Positions 21,188-33,872 of a stretch of DNA of 41,654 bases are shown here, one piece after another. A program made the position numbers and the translations under genes. Below the pieces are notes generated by a model. The model ran no database searches, was not told the DNA's origin, and saw nothing but the letters and a program-made list of their open reading frames with translations. Numbering within the stretch: position 1 is the first letter of the stretch; every line of letters starts with the position of its first letter. The DNA is from Opitutales bacterium (lineage in GTDB: Bacteria; Verrucomicrobiota; Verrucomicrobiia; Opitutales; Coraliomargaritaceae), in the NCBI GenBank assembly GCA_049598495.1, contig JBMYNR010000014.1, forward strand, positions 1 through 41,654, in the 5' to 3' direction.

Positions 21188-22141
21188 TCAGGACGTTTTC
21201 TTTTTCGTCGGCTTCGGCTTCTCCTTAGCCAGTGCCGGTCGCATGGTGCTGGCCACGGATTCACATATCCCGAGAAACGTCTCTTCTGTGATCGAGAGCT
21301 TCTTGTCTTTTGCGTAAGAAATTCCCCAGGTGCGGGTGATCTTTCGGCGCCCTGTAGGAATATGCACCAGACTGCCGGCGTTGATTTCGTTTTCGACGAT
21401 CCAGGATGCGAGGAAGCTGACTCCGTAGTTGATCTTAACCAGCTCTTTGATCGCCTCCATACTCCCCAGTTCGATGTAGTTCTCGAGGAGTAGCTTCTTC
21501 TGCCGGAAAAAATGCTCGATTTGATCAAAGGTGTAACTGCCTTTATTGTATAAAACCATGCGCTCCTGAGCAATTTTGTTCATTTTTGCCGTGCCAATTT
21601 GTGCAAATTCGTGAATCGGTGAGCTCACTAGAATAAGCTCATCGGAAAAAAGTGGCTTTACCTCCACGTCGTTCAACCCATCCGGCGCGACAATAATCGC
21701 CAAGTCGATCTCGTGTTTACGGGTCATTTCGAGCAGTTCATGGGTGTCTGCAGGGGTGATCGTGAGGATGCAGTCAGGGAAGCACTCATTGAACTCCCGA
21801 AGGACGTTAGGAAGTATGTGCTGGCAGGCTGTTGTACTCGCTCCTATGCGCAGGCGCCCGCGCCCCCAATTGGCCCGGTCCTGGATCCGGAGCCGTACCC
21901 CTTGCATCTGATTAAGAATGTTTTGTGCATCTTTATAGAGTTCCTCGCCGTCTTCTGTGATGTTGATTTTTCGCCCCGTTCGCGTGACCAATTGGCAGCG
22001 CAAATCGGTCTCCAAATTTTTTACGGAATGACTAATCGCTGACTGAGTAAGGCTCAGGATTTTTGCGGTTTCAGTGAAACTCCCAGTCTGGACAAGCGTG
22101 CAGAAGGCGAGGAGTTGACGGCTATCGATTGTTTCAAGCAT
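21188..22141 (-). CDS. LysR-family transcriptional regulator
   Basis: N-terminal HTH ([25 protein letters not shown]), GRLRIGAS and EAIKELV; divergent from the nitrate operon. Confidence 0.95.
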   Translation of the reverse strand: MLETIDSRQLLAFCTLVQTGSFTETAKILSLTQSAISHSVKNLETDLRCQLVTRTGRKINITEDGEELYKDAQNILNQMQGVRLRIQDRANWGRGRLRIGASTTACQHILPNVLREFNECFPDCILTITPADTHELLEMTRKHEIDLAIIVAPDGLNDVEVKPLFSDELILVSSPIHEFAQIGTAKMNKIAQERMVLYNKGSYTFDQIEHFFRQKKLLLENYIELGSMEAIKELVKINYGVSFLASWIVENEINAGSLVHIPTGRRKITRTWGISYAKDKKLSITEETFLGICESVASTMRPALAKEKPKPTKKKTS

Positions 22142-22154
22142 GAGGGAAATTCAT
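22140..22154. promoter_or_regulatory. Putative LysR box 1 (ATGA-N7-TCAT)
   Basis: ATGAGGGAAATTCAT: a T-N11-A dyad overlapping the LysR start codon; the same motif recurs at 35698. Confidence 0.6.
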
Positions 22155-22222
22155 TCAATTCATTACTACATTTATTTCGTTTATTTGGGAGATGGGTATG
22201 GTCAATGCTAAATTGGCACGCG

Positions 22223-23281
22223 ATGGCGCGACGCAGCACAGACAACGTAACTCAAACACGACAAGGGACACTGGTCCGTCTTGGATACGTGCGTCTGCTC
22301 GACGCGGCCCCGCTGATCATCGCTGACAAGTTGGGCATGTTCCGCGACGCGGGTCTTCACGTAGAACTTTCCCGAGAAGTGGGTTGGGCTACGATTCGCG
22401 ACAAGCTTGCGTTCGGGGCGCTCGATGTGGCTCAAGCGCTGAGCCCCATGCCTCTCGTCATGCAGATGGGAATCAACGTGGCCCAGACCCAGTTGATCAC
22501 TGGAATGGTCCTTAACTGTAACGGGAACGCGATCACACTTTCGATGAAGCTTAGAGAGGAGGGCATTGAAGATGGCAATGGCCTTCGCCGATATATCAAG
22601 AGCGGCTTCCGGCCGAGAAAGCTTGTTTTTGGTGTCGTTTCCCATGCTTCCTCCCATCACTTCATTCTATGCCGCTGGCTCGAGGAACACGGCATCCGTC
22701 CGCATGAGGACGTGATTATTTCTGTGCTCCCGCCGGAGCAGATGGTTCGAAACCTCGCGGCTGAGAATATTGACGGATTTTGTGTCGGCGAGCCTTGGAA
22801 TTCATCCGCAGTTGAAGAGGGGCTGGGATGGGTTGTTGCCACCAGCACCGAAATCGCGGAAGGGTATCCGGAGAAAGTGCTCGCTGCGACGGAGCGCTTT
22901 TATTCCTACCGGGGCCCCGAGTATGTCCAGATGATCGAGGTTTTGAAGGAGGCCTGTGTCATCTGTGACACACCAGACCGACGGGACGAAGTTCTCAACA
23001 TTTTGGCCGCACCCGAATATCTGAACTGCAGCCGTAAAACGCTCGCAAACGCTCTTTCGGGTTCATTTCCCATGGGGGACGGCCGCGTGATTGAAGGCGC
23101 CTTTATCCGATTTAGTGGGGATGAGGTGAACCGACCTGATGCCGACTGGGCCAAGCATATTTACGAAGACCTTCGCCGTTACATGCCCGATGTTGGCTAC
23201 GAGACCGTCTTCAAGCGCTCCATTACAAACGTGTATCGCAGTTCAATTTACGACCAGGCAAACGTTCCTGCCGTGATCTAA
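22223..23281 (+). CDS. Cytoplasmic CmpA/NrtA-family protein, NasS-like nitrate sensor
   Basis: [42 protein letters not shown] and PEKVL; no signal peptide. ATG 22223 was chosen because 22115 overlaps the LysR gene. Confidence 0.8.
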   Translation: MARRSTDNVTQTRQGTLVRLGYVRLLDAAPLIIADKLGMFRDAGLHVELSREVGWATIRDKLAFGALDVAQALSPMPLVMQMGINVAQTQLITGMVLNCNGNAITLSMKLREEGIEDGNGLRRYIKSGFRPRKLVFGVVSHASSHHFILCRWLEEHGIRPHEDVIISVLPPEQMVRNLAAENIDGFCVGEPWNSSAVEEGLGWVVATSTEIAEGYPEKVLAATERFYSYRGPEYVQMIEVLKEACVICDTPDRRDEVLNILAAPEYLNCSRKTLANALSGSFPMGDGRVIEGAFIRFSGDEVNRPDADWAKHIYEDLRRYMPDVGYETVFKRSITNVYRSSIYDQANVPAVI

Positions 23282-23303
23282 TAGACAACTACCAGAAAAT
23301 AAT

Positions 23304-24674
<1,371 letters not shown>

Positions 24675-24700
24675 AAGGATTTTCTATCCAACCACTAACC

Positions 24701-24730
24701 AGCCTCCTTCCCGACGGGAAGGGGGCTTTT
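24701..24730 (+). terminator. Intra-operon hairpin with a short U-tract after nrtA
   Basis: AGCCTCCTTCCC-gac-GGGAAGGGGGCT-TTT. Confidence 0.65.
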
Positions 24731-24769
24731 CGGGTGACAGACCTAATTTTTAACAAACACGAATCTACC

Positions 24770-26398
24770 ATGGCTGAAAAAACAGCAGACGCGATCAAGT
24801 ATAAGATCCTTAAATTCCTAGATGTGACCGGCTTCACCGTTTTCGACCCGATGGTGCGCCTTGCCTTTGGCGAAGAACCAAAGAAGCAGGTCGAGGCGAT
24901 AATGAAGTATTTCGTTACGCCTCTCATCTTCCTGTGCTTCTGCCTTTGGGCTTGGTGGACGGTCGCGCCGAACCACAAGACGAAGTCCGGTGAGGTGCCG
25001 ACGCCCGACGTGGTCGCCAGTGCGGCAAAGATCAATCACACCTTCGCTGCCCGCGAAAAGACTAAGGAATCCGACTTTCTGTTGGTCGATGAGGAGCGTA
25101 TCCAAGCGCTCGTAGAGGTCGAAGCGATGATTGCAGAGAATGAGATCATTCTTGCCGAGTTGAGCGCGAACCTGAAGGAACAGGAGGCCGCTTACGAGGC
25201 ACAGCTCAATGAACGCCTCGCTCCGCTGCAGGCCGAACTGGATGATTTGAAGGCGTTCAACCGCGCCGCTTCCGATGCCCGCAAGGAGTCTATCAGCGCG
25301 ATTGCCACCGAAGTCGAGACAGGCGAGTCCGACTCCGCTTTTCTCGTCGCTGTCATCCGTGAGGACGGTGATGCCAAGGATGCCGAGCGCGCCGCTGAGT
25401 CGGTGATCAAGGACCAGATTGACGACATCCGGTCCGAGAAGTTCAAGCCTATGGAGATCGCCCGCCTTGAGGTGAATGCCGTGGCCGATGAGATCCAGTT
25501 CCTGAAGAAGCGCGTGGATTTTCTTTCCGATGCCAACCGCAGTGTTAAGGTCGAGGAAACAAAGATCAAGCTGGCTGAAACTGAGGAAAATCTCGCCACT
25601 GCAACCACTGCGAAGAAGGCACTGCTCGAAGCCAAGAAGGTTGTGCGGACCGAAGACTCGATCGCACGCCTCGAAGAGCAGCAGTATGCTTCTGCGATGA
25701 CCGTCTACCTGCAGATCAAGCGCAGTCTATTCACTGTTTTCGTAGGCTTTTTCATGGCGGCTTTTATCGCGATTCCAATCGGAGTCCTCTGCGGACTCAA
25801 TCGCATCGCGATGGCCTGTCTCACTCCAATTATATCGGTTTTCAAACCAGTCTCGCCTGTGGTTTGGCTCCTTATCTTCCAGATCATCGTGGGTGCCTTT
25901 TTCCCGGATCCGGAGTCACATCCTTTCTTTCTCTTTTTTAACAGTCTGCCTTTTTTCGGGGGTCTCGGAATCAATCCGGCACTTGTCTTCTCTGCATGCA
26001 CGGTTGCCATGTGCGCGGTATGGCCAGCGCTGGTGAACACCGCTCTCGGCGTATCCTCCATTGACAAGGATCATATTAATGTCGCTCGCGTCCTCCGTCT
26101 CGGCTTCTGGGATCGGCTGACCAAGATCATCATCCCTTCGGCGCTTCCTCTGGTTTTCGCCGGTTTGCGTATCTCGCTCGGTGTGGGCTGGATGGTGTTG
26201 ATTGCTGCGGAGGCGCTGTCGTCCTCCGACGGTCTCGGTAAGTTTGTTTGGGATGAATACCAGAACGGTTCGTCCTTCTCCTTCGCCAATATTCTCTACG
26301 CCTGCTTCGTCGTTGGGATCATCGGCTTCCTGCTCGACCGTATGATGATTGTTCTGCAGCGCTTCGTCGCCTTCGACGGCGGCGGAACCTCTCTATAG
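24770..26398 (+). CDS. nrtB: Nitrate ABC transporter permease with a large helical insertion
   Basis: [18 protein letters not shown], the EAA-like loop NVARVL, and [20 protein letters not shown] 24770 is preferred. Confidence 0.9.
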   Translation: MAEKTADAIKYKILKFLDVTGFTVFDPMVRLAFGEEPKKQVEAIMKYFVTPLIFLCFCLWAWWTVAPNHKTKSGEVPTPDVVASAAKINHTFAAREKTKESDFLLVDEERIQALVEVEAMIAENEIILAELSANLKEQEAAYEAQLNERLAPLQAELDDLKAFNRAASDARKESISAIATEVETGESDSAFLVAVIREDGDAKDAERAAESVIKDQIDDIRSEKFKPMEIARLEVNAVADEIQFLKKRVDFLSDANRSVKVEETKIKLAETEENLATATTAKKALLEAKKVVRTEDSIARLEEQQYASAMTVYLQIKRSLFTVFVGFFMAAFIAIPIGVLCGLNRIAMACLTPIISVFKPVSPVVWLLIFQIIVGAFFPDPESHPFFLFFNSLPFFGGLGINPALVFSACTVAMCAVWPALVNTALGVSSIDKDHINVARVLRLGFWDRLTKIIIPSALPLVFAGLRISLGVGWMVLIAAEALSSSDGLGKFVWDEYQNGSSFSFANILYACFVVGIIGFLLDRMMIVLQRFVAFDGGGTSL

Positions 26399-26399
26399 C

Positions 26400-26427
26400 C
26401 TAACTTCTAGATTCTAACTTATAACTT
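26400..26427. repeat. Degenerate heptamer tandem repeat
   Basis: CTAACTT-CTAGATT-CTAACTT-ATAACTT, between nrtB and the first ATPase gene. Confidence 0.6.
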
Positions 26428-26436
26428 CTTAGAATT

Positions 26437-27360
26437 ATGGCTTATTTAGAAATCGACAACGCGTCCATCGGCTTCGGTCCGCATGACAACCGCTATGAGG
26501 TGCTCACGGATATTAACCTCTCGGTCGAAGAGAACGAATTTATCGCTGTGGTGGGCTTTTCAGGTGCAGGGAAGTCGACGTTGATCTCGATGCTTGCGGG
26601 ATTGCTCTCTCCGGACAAGGGCGAGATTCGTATTCATGGTGAGGTGATTAAGGAGCCGTCTCCACGGCTTGGAATCATGTTCCAGAATTACTCGCTTCTG
26701 CCTTGGCTGACGGTGTTCGAGAATGTTGCACTGGCTGTGCAGCAGGTTTTCCCTAAATTCTCTAGGGCCGAACTCAAGGAGCATGTTGAGAAGTATGTGG
26801 CGATGGTGAAGCTCTCGCCCGCACTTGGTAAAAAGCCGTCCGAACTCTCCGGGGGGATGCGCCAACGTGCCTCACTTGCGCGGACACTGGCCATGCAGCC
26901 GGAGATTCTCCTGCTCGACGAACCGCTGTCAGCACTCGATGCCCTCACACGCGCTGAAATTCAGGACGAGATTATCAACATTTGGGAAAACGATAAACGG
27001 ACGATCGTCATGATTACCAATGACGTGGACGAAGCCGTTCTTATGGCCGACCAAATCGTGCCTCTTACGATGGGTCCATCCGCCACGCTTGACGAACCGT
27101 TCCCGGTTAACCTCGAGCGCCCGCGTAACCGCACTACGCTCAACACCAATCAGGAGTTCCGCCGACTTCGTAATGACATCTCAAAATACATGGTTACACT
27201 CAACGAAGAGACTAAAGCGCTTAGTGCCCATGAAGCGGTCGCCGACCTGCCCGACATGATGCCGCTTGATTTCACAAGCCTACCAGTCGGACCGGCACGC
27301 GGCCGGCGGCGTCGGAAGGTCGCTGACGTAATGAACCCGACCGTCACCTTTTTTAAGTAA
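26437..27360 (+). CDS. nrtC: Nitrate ABC transporter ATP-binding subunit 1 (NrtC-like, no fused regulatory domain)
   Basis: [25 protein letters not shown] and LLLDEP; the H-loop reads ITND. Confidence 0.88.
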   Translation: MAYLEIDNASIGFGPHDNRYEVLTDINLSVEENEFIAVVGFSGAGKSTLISMLAGLLSPDKGEIRIHGEVIKEPSPRLGIMFQNYSLLPWLTVFENVALAVQQVFPKFSRAELKEHVEKYVAMVKLSPALGKKPSELSGGMRQRASLARTLAMQPEILLLDEPLSALDALTRAEIQDEIINIWENDKRTIVMITNDVDEAVLMADQIVPLTMGPSATLDEPFPVNLERPRNRTTLNTNQEFRRLRNDISKYMVTLNEETKALSAHEAVADLPDMMPLDFTSLPVGPARGRRRRKVADVMNPTVTFFK

Positions 27361-27379
27361 ATAAAAACCGGATAGAAAA

Positions 27380-28234
27380 ATGTTAAGTGAACGCTACGTA
27401 GATATTTCCGATCTTGTTAAAGCTTACCCGAACCCATTCGGAGATGAGATAAAGGTCGTCGACGGCTTTAATCTCAAAGTCCCGCAGGGTGATGTCGTCT
27501 CGATTATCGGCCACTCCGGCTGTGGTAAGTCCACTGTGCTCAATATGATCGCCGGCCTCATCCCAATCTCAGCTGGCGGCATCATTGTTGCAGGCAAAGA
27601 GATTGATGGCCCGGGCCCGGATCGTGCGGTTGTTTTTCAAGCACCCTGTTTGCTCCCATGGATGACCGCTTTCGGCAATGTCATGATCGGTGTGAAGGTC
27701 AGCTACCCGCACGTCTCCAAGGCAGAGCGTACGGAGATGGTTGAAGCCGCACTCAGCATGGTGGGCCTCAAGGACTCCATGTATAAATACCCGCGTGAGA
27801 TGTCGGGTGGAATGCAGCAGCGAGTGGGTATCGCCCGAGCCATCGCGCTGAAGCCGCGTATGCTGCTTCTCGACGAGCCACTCGGCCGCCTCGACTCGCT
27901 CACGCGGATGGAGCTCCAGGATGTGATCCTTCGCATTCTTGATAAGGAAAAGATTACCACGATGATCATCACTCACGATCCTGATGAAGCCGTCTATATG
28001 TCGGACCGGATTTGCATGATGACGAACGGTCCGCATGCAAAAGTCGGTGAGGTCATGGAAATCGAGTTTGAAAGGCCCCGTGATCGCGCGGCCATAGTGG
28101 AAACCGATCAGTTCTACGAATATCGCCGTCGCCTTCTTGCCTTCCTTGATGAGTGCGAGGCTGAGAAGGAAGAACGTCGTATGCTCAAGGCTTCCAAAAC
28201 GGAGGAAAAAGAGCCAGTTCGCAAGGCTAGCTAG
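27380..28234 (+). CDS. nrtD: Nitrate ABC transporter ATP-binding subunit 2
   Basis: [26 protein letters not shown] and MMTNGP. Confidence 0.88.
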   Translation: MLSERYVDISDLVKAYPNPFGDEIKVVDGFNLKVPQGDVVSIIGHSGCGKSTVLNMIAGLIPISAGGIIVAGKEIDGPGPDRAVVFQAPCLLPWMTAFGNVMIGVKVSYPHVSKAERTEMVEAALSMVGLKDSMYKYPREMSGGMQQRVGIARAIALKPRMLLLDEPLGRLDSLTRMELQDVILRILDKEKITTMIITHDPDEAVYMSDRICMMTNGPHAKVGEVMEIEFERPRDRAAIVETDQFYEYRRRLLAFLDECEAEKEERRMLKASKTEEKEPVRKAS

Positions 28235-28252
28235 ATTTGCAAGGAGGCTTTC

Positions 28253-29995
28253 ATGTCCGAATCTTTCAGCACGACCCAGAAGCAGTATCTCGAGGGTTTT
28301 TTCGCAGGCGTCAACCAGCGTCCGCAGATGCCCTTTCTTGGCCAAAACACCGCGGGTCAGTTCACCGGGGATCCGGCCGAGGCGGTTGAGGAGACAGTCT
28401 ACGGAACACCCGTTGATGAGCTCTGCAAAGAAGAGCAGATCAAGCACGAGCAGAACGGTCTCGATGTATGGGACACCATCGTCAAGGACTCGGAGATCGG
28501 TCAATTCCCGCAGGGTGGGGACCTTTTTCGGTATAAGTTCTACGGGCTTTTTCATGTGAAACCCGCGCAGGACTCGCTCATGTTACGATGTCGTATCGCT
28601 GGTTGCGCGCTAAAGGCGCATCAAATGGTGGGTCTCGCGGAGATCGCGGAAGACTGGGGTGGCGGCTATGCCGACATCACGACGCGTGGCAACTTCCAGG
28701 TGCGGGAGATCATGCCAGGCGACACGGTGTCGACACTAATCAAACTGGATGAGCTCGGACTTACCTCAAAGGGCTCTGGCGCAGACAACCTTCGGAATGT
28801 TACGGCGAGCCCGACTAGTGGCTTCGATCCTGATGAAGTGCTCGATGTGCTGCCTTATGCAAAATCCATGCACCATTATATTTTAAACAACCGCGACCTC
28901 TACGGTCTGCCACGTAAGTTCAATATCTCCTTTGATAACGGTGGCCGCGTCTCTGTTTGTGCCGATACGAACGACATCGCCTTTTATGCCGTGCGGGTGG
29001 GGGAAGGGCAGGTGGTGGAGCCAGGAGTTTACTTCAGAGTTCAACTCTGCGGGATCACGGGGCATAAGCAGTTCGCCTCCGATTGTGGACTTCTGATCAA
29101 ACCGGATCAGGCCGTACCTCTCGCTGCAGCCATGATCCGCGTCTTCATCGAGAACGGCGACCGCACGAACCGGAAAAAGGCACGTCTGAAATACTTGGTA
29201 GATAATTGGGGTGTTGAGAAATTCCTCGAAGAGACGAGTAAGAAACTTGCGTTTGAGCCGACGCGTCTCGCGCTTGAAAATTGTGAACCCCGAATGCCGG
29301 TCTACAAGCATGGCCACGTGGGTGTCTACAATGAGCGTGAAGAAGGCCTAAACTATGTTGGCGTCGTTATTCCTGTGGGGCGGATGCTGCCGGATCAAAT
29401 GCGCGCCATCGCCGCCATTGCCTCGAAGTATGGACGCGGAGATATTCGCCTGACTGCTTGGCAGAATCTGATCATTCCCGGAATTAGGGACGCAGATCTC
29501 GATTCGGTGAAAAAGGCGATCACTGCGGCTGGTTTCCACTACAAGAATACGACGATCTCGGGCGGTCTTGTTGCTTGCACCGGTAATGTCGGCTGCAAGT
29601 ATGCAGCCAGCAACACGAAGAGCCACGCACTCCAGCTCACCAAGTTCCTAGAATCTGAAATCGAATTAGATCAACCGATCAATATTCATCTCACCGGGTG
29701 CCATCACTCCTGCGCACAACACTACATCGGCGATATTGGCTTGATCGGTGCCAAGGTCAAGGTGGGGGAAGAGAGCGTGGAGGGTTACGCGGTCGTTCTT
29801 GGCGGAGGTGTGGACGATCAACAGGCCATCGCCCGCGAGATCTTTCCCGGCACAGCTTTTGAGGAACTCAAGCCCCTGATTCTCCGGGTCTTGAATACTT
29901 ACCTCGCGCAACGCCAAGAAAAGGAAACTTTCTGGCAATTCACCCGTCGGCACAGTGCCGACGAATTGAAGAGTCTTTTCTCTGTGGCTGCGTAG
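28253..29995 (+). CDS. nirA: Siroheme nitrite reductase, NirA family
   Basis: [22 protein letters not shown], and the siroheme/[4Fe-4S] motif CTGNVGC...TGCHHSC; lies in a nitrate operon. Confidence 0.9.
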   Translation: MSESFSTTQKQYLEGFFAGVNQRPQMPFLGQNTAGQFTGDPAEAVEETVYGTPVDELCKEEQIKHEQNGLDVWDTIVKDSEIGQFPQGGDLFRYKFYGLFHVKPAQDSLMLRCRIAGCALKAHQMVGLAEIAEDWGGGYADITTRGNFQVREIMPGDTVSTLIKLDELGLTSKGSGADNLRNVTASPTSGFDPDEVLDVLPYAKSMHHYILNNRDLYGLPRKFNISFDNGGRVSVCADTNDIAFYAVRVGEGQVVEPGVYFRVQLCGITGHKQFASDCGLLIKPDQAVPLAAAMIRVFIENGDRTNRKKARLKYLVDNWGVEKFLEETSKKLAFEPTRLALENCEPRMPVYKHGHVGVYNEREEGLNYVGVVIPVGRMLPDQMRAIAAIASKYGRGDIRLTAWQNLIIPGIRDADLDSVKKAITAAGFHYKNTTISGGLVACTGNVGCKYAASNTKSHALQLTKFLESEIELDQPINIHLTGCHHSCAQHYIGDIGLIGAKVKVGEESVEGYAVVLGGGVDDQQAIAREIFPGTAFEELKPLILRVLNTYLAQRQEKETFWQFTRRHSADELKSLFSVAA

Positions 29996-30019
29996 AGTGC
30001 GCAACTAACAAACATCATC

Positions 30020-31609
30020 GTGTCCTCTACGCTCACAGTCGAAGATTCTCCCCTGGAGATTCTTTTGAAGGAACAAGGGACCCTCCGGACTCCGGTTGGA
30101 CTCTTTTCCGAAGAGCACGACGCTGGTCTCGTTGAGCCCGAGCAGGCGCAGTTTTACAAACGATTGCTGCCGCTTTCAAAACCGGGCGAGGGCGAGCAAT
30201 ATGCCTTTAAAGTCGACCTGGACAAGTGTACGGGCTGCAAGGCATGCGTATCAGCCTGCCACAGTTTGAACGGGCTCGACGAGAACGAGACATGGCGGGA
30301 TGTCGGCACCATTCATGGAGTGGATTTTTCGGGGGCTTCATATACCCAGACGATTACCACAGCCTGCCACCACTGTGCCGATCCGGGATGTCTGAATGGC
30401 TGCCCTGTCCTGGCGTACGAGAAGGATGAGGATAGCGGGATTGTCCGTCATTTGGATGACCAGTGCATCGGTTGCCAATATTGCGCCCTTAAGTGCCCTT
30501 ACGATGTTCCCAAGTACTCGAAGAGCTTGGGCATTGTTCGCAAATGCGACATGTGCCATAGCCGCTTAGCGGATGGAGAAGCTCCCGCCTGCGCTCAAGC
30601 CTGCCCAACGGAGGCAATTAGTATTACTATCGTGAATACGGCTGCGGTCAGTGAACTGGCAGTTGGCGGAAAGGGCTTTCTTCCGGCAGCACCCGAACCG
30701 GGCTATACGATACCGACCACTCAATATGTGACCGAGAAGACGATACCGAAAAATGTGGAGGCGGCCGACTTGCGTGCGCTCCGCCCAGAGCACGCTCACT
30801 TCCCCCTGGTCTTTATGCTCATACTGACTCAATTGTCCGTCGGTTTGTATCTTTTCTCCATGATCGATCCGGAGTCCGCGACATCGGTCGGCACAAGAGT
30901 CATAGCATTTTTGGCGATGGTTCTAGGGCTCGGCGCCTCGACTTCACATTTGGGACGTCCACTTGGTGCGTGGCGTGCCTTCCTTGGCTTGAAACGTTCG
31001 TGGTTAAGCAGGGAGATTGTAGTGTTCGGGATGTTCTCGATGGCGGCGGCGGTTTACACGCTCTCGGCTTTCCTTGAAGTAATTCCCTTGGGTATTGCCA
31101 CCTTTTCGGCGATCTCTGCCGCGGTCCTCGGCGTTGGGGGTTTGGTCACCTCTGTTATGATCTATCACGACACCCAGCGCCCGTTCTGGAATCTTCGGCT
31201 TGGAGGAGCGAAGTTCTTCGGCAGTGCGCTCTGTCTTTCTGCATCGGCATATTTTCTCGTGGCGACGTTCAATGGGGCATCTCCGACCTGGGCGATGTTC
31301 CTGATGGCCGTGGGTCTGATGCTGAAACTCGTTTTGGAAGGTGCCACGCTCACCAATTGGAATGAACGGGGAATGTCGCCGGCACGCAAGTCAGCCATGC
31401 TCCAACTGTATCCGCTGCGATTGCTCGTGATCAGTCGTTTCATCCTGGCGGCGATTGTATTGCTCCTTACGAGTACCTTAATCCTGCAACCTATGAACTG
31501 GATCATGGCGGCCATCGTGTCTGCAGCCCTGCTCCTGTCTGAACTACTCGAGCGTACGTTGTTCTTTAAAGCTGTCGCTGCTCCAAAGATGCCGGGAGGT
31601 GTCTACTAA
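30020..31609 (+). CDS. Four-cluster Fe-S protein fused to a DmsC/YnfH-type membrane anchor
   Basis: [30 protein letters not shown] and KCDMC..PAC..CP, then PLVF..TQ, HLGRP, SWLSRE and ~8 TM helices. GTG start. Confidence 0.88.
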   Translation: MSSTLTVEDSPLEILLKEQGTLRTPVGLFSEEHDAGLVEPEQAQFYKRLLPLSKPGEGEQYAFKVDLDKCTGCKACVSACHSLNGLDENETWRDVGTIHGVDFSGASYTQTITTACHHCADPGCLNGCPVLAYEKDEDSGIVRHLDDQCIGCQYCALKCPYDVPKYSKSLGIVRKCDMCHSRLADGEAPACAQACPTEAISITIVNTAAVSELAVGGKGFLPAAPEPGYTIPTTQYVTEKTIPKNVEAADLRALRPEHAHFPLVFMLILTQLSVGLYLFSMIDPESATSVGTRVIAFLAMVLGLGASTSHLGRPLGAWRAFLGLKRSWLSREIVVFGMFSMAAAVYTLSAFLEVIPLGIATFSAISAAVLGVGGLVTSVMIYHDTQRPFWNLRLGGAKFFGSALCLSASAYFLVATFNGASPTWAMFLMAVGLMLKLVLEGATLTNWNERGMSPARKSAMLQLYPLRLLVISRFILAAIVLLLTSTLILQPMNWIMAAIVSAALLLSELLERTLFFKAVAAPKMPGGVY

Positions 31610-33837
31610 TGAGCCTACTTGAGATAGCCAAGGATCAGATGCGTATTCGCGCTCATGACGGTGTGCTGACCGAACGCCTCGTCCAGGATCCGGCGTCGCA
31701 TGGGTTGGGACGGCTGCCGAAATCCGTGAAACCGGATGCGACCGTGAACAGTATCTGTGGTTTCTGCGGAACGGGCTGCTCACTCAAGGTGCACTTAAAG
31801 GATGGTGAAGCGGTAAATTTGAGCGCGCAGACAAGCTATCCCGTTAATATCGGAATGGCTTGCCCGAAGGGCTGGGAATCATTGACGCCTCTGAAGGCAA
31901 AGGATCGGGCGACCACACCTTTACTTCGTAATGAGTATGGTGAGTTGGAGCCTGTGTCCTGGGAGGTGGCAATGGATGCATTCGTGCGCAACTTCAAGCT
32001 CACTCTGAACGAGCACGGTAGTGGTGCGGGTGCGTTTCTAAGCACGGGTCAGATTGTAACCGAGGAAATGGCCTTCCTTGGTGCGCTGGCAAAACTTGGC
32101 ATGGGCATGCTTCATGGCGATGGGAACACACGCCAGTGCATGGCGACCGCGGTTGTGGCTTATAAGCAATCCTTCGGCTACGATGCGCCGCCATTTTCCT
32201 ACAAGGATTTTGAGGAATCGGATGTTCTCGTGTTTGTTGGCGCCAACCCCTGCATCGCACACCCGATCATGTGGCAGCGTGTGATGCTCAATAAGAGGAA
32301 CCCGGAGATCATCGTGGTGGACCCGCGAAAGACCGAAACCGCGATGGCGGCCACCACGCATCTGCCGATTGCGCCCAAGTCTGATCTCACGCTTTTTTAC
32401 GGGATCGCGGCTCGTCTGATCGAGCTGGATTTGATCGACAAGGATTTCATCGCCTCGCACACCAACGATTTTGAGGCCTTCAGGGCATTTCTTAAGTCGC
32501 ACAATATCGATCGCGCATCTGAGCTGAGCGGTATCGATGCTTCTGAGATTGATCGCATCGCCCGACTGATTGGATCAGGCAAACGAGTCTCCTTCTGGTG
32601 GACGATGGGGGTTAATCAGAGCTATGAGGGAGTTCGTCTGGCCCAGTCGTTGATCAACCTCGCTTTGATGACTGGAAACATCGGAAAGCCTGGGACGGGT
32701 GCGAATTCGATTACGGGTCAGTGTAATGCGATGGGTTCCCGTCAGTTCAGCTTCACCACGAGCCTTCCTGCGCTGCGCGAGTTCACGTCAGCGAAAGACC
32801 GCCAGGAGGTTGCGGATATTCTCAATATCCCGGTTGAGCGTTTCCCTACTGAAAACAGCTATGCTTACAACGAGATCATCGAGGCAATTGACCGTGGGGA
32901 GATCAAGGCGCTCTGGATGGTCGCCACGAATGCAGGGCATTCATGGATCAACCAGAAAAAATTTAGGAGGATTCGTGAGAAGCTCGATTTCTTCGTTGTG
33001 CAGGATATGTATGGCAACACGGACACAGCGCAGATTGCCGACCTTGTTTTGCCTGCGGCTGGTTGGGGTGAAAAAGATGGCGTCTTTATTAATTCGGAGC
33101 GTCGTTTAGGACTGACCCGCAAAGTCCGAAAAGCGCCCGGCCAGGCGCTCTCTGATTTCAATATCTTCCGCTTGATCGCGCACTATTGGGGCTGCGCCGA
33201 TTTGTTCGAGGAATGGTCGTCGCCTGAGGCGGTTTTCCATATTCTTGCGCGACTCAGTAAAGGTCGCCCCTGTGATTTCACGGCTGTGGAAGGCTATGAT
33301 TTCCTCGATCAAAGCGGTGGGGTGCAATGGCCCTTTCCAGCTTCGCTTGGAGTGAAAGTAAAGAGTGGAGAGTACGAATTGGCGAAGGAACGTCGTCTCT
33401 TCGAGGATGGGGAATTCTATCATGCGGACGGGAGGGCGCGATTTGTCTTTGAAGAACCGCGGAGCATGCCCGAGCCTCCGGATGAATCCTATCCCTTCAT
33501 TCTTTTAACAGGCCGGGGCACTTCCTCGCAGTGGCACACGGGTACCCGTACGAGAAAATCGGACGTCCTGCAGAAGCTCTATCCCAAATCCCCGTATGTA
33601 GAGATTAGCCCAGTTGATGCGGAACGCCTCGGTATCAAGCCCGAAGATTTGGTTTTTGTTCGTTCGAGACGCGGAACCGCCAGGGTCAAGGCGGTTGTGC
33701 TTGGGAGCTTGCAGGAGGGTCAGGTCTTCATGCCGATGCATTACCCGGAAACGAATCAACTCACGCTGGATGCCTTCGATCCGTATTCCAAGGAGCCTTC
33801 TTACAAAGCCTGCGCCGTCAAAATTGAGAAGGCCTAG
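31609..33837 (+). CDS. nasA: Mo-bisPGD nitrate reductase catalytic subunit, assimilatory (NasA/NarB) type
   Basis: [19 protein letters not shown] (Mo-ligand Cys), [24 protein letters not shown] and EPSYKACAV; no Tat signal and no C-terminal BFD domain. Confidence 0.88.
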   Translation: MSLLEIAKDQMRIRAHDGVLTERLVQDPASHGLGRLPKSVKPDATVNSICGFCGTGCSLKVHLKDGEAVNLSAQTSYPVNIGMACPKGWESLTPLKAKDRATTPLLRNEYGELEPVSWEVAMDAFVRNFKLTLNEHGSGAGAFLSTGQIVTEEMAFLGALAKLGMGMLHGDGNTRQCMATAVVAYKQSFGYDAPPFSYKDFEESDVLVFVGANPCIAHPIMWQRVMLNKRNPEIIVVDPRKTETAMAATTHLPIAPKSDLTLFYGIAARLIELDLIDKDFIASHTNDFEAFRAFLKSHNIDRASELSGIDASEIDRIARLIGSGKRVSFWWTMGVNQSYEGVRLAQSLINLALMTGNIGKPGTGANSITGQCNAMGSRQFSFTTSLPALREFTSAKDRQEVADILNIPVERFPTENSYAYNEIIEAIDRGEIKALWMVATNAGHSWINQKKFRRIREKLDFFVVQDMYGNTDTAQIADLVLPAAGWGEKDGVFINSERRLGLTRKVRKAPGQALSDFNIFRLIAHYWGCADLFEEWSSPEAVFHILARLSKGRPCDFTAVEGYDFLDQSGGVQWPFPASLGVKVKSGEYELAKERRLFEDGEFYHADGRARFVFEEPRSMPEPPDESYPFILLTGRGTSSQWHTGTRTRKSDVLQKLYPKSPYVEISPVDAERLGIKPEDLVFVRSRRGTARVKAVVLGSLQEGQVFMPMHYPETNQLTLDAFDPYSKEPSYKACAVKIEKA

Positions 33838-33872
33838 AGCAAACAATTTCATCAATTTTAGAGAATCATTCT

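Noticed and set aside
22211..22230. Sigma54 promoters at TTGGCAC (here and at 35739)
   Set aside because: The -24 element is good, but GG-N10-GC is not met (CG and GT instead), and the first site overlaps the likely start codon. Kept only as a shared motif.
24675..24735. ANTAR dual-hairpin motif
   Set aside because: No pair of hexaloop hairpins is visible here or in the 22142-22222 leader.
27569..28555. 328-aa minus-strand ORF
   Set aside because: Antisense to nrtD/nirA with no domain signature.
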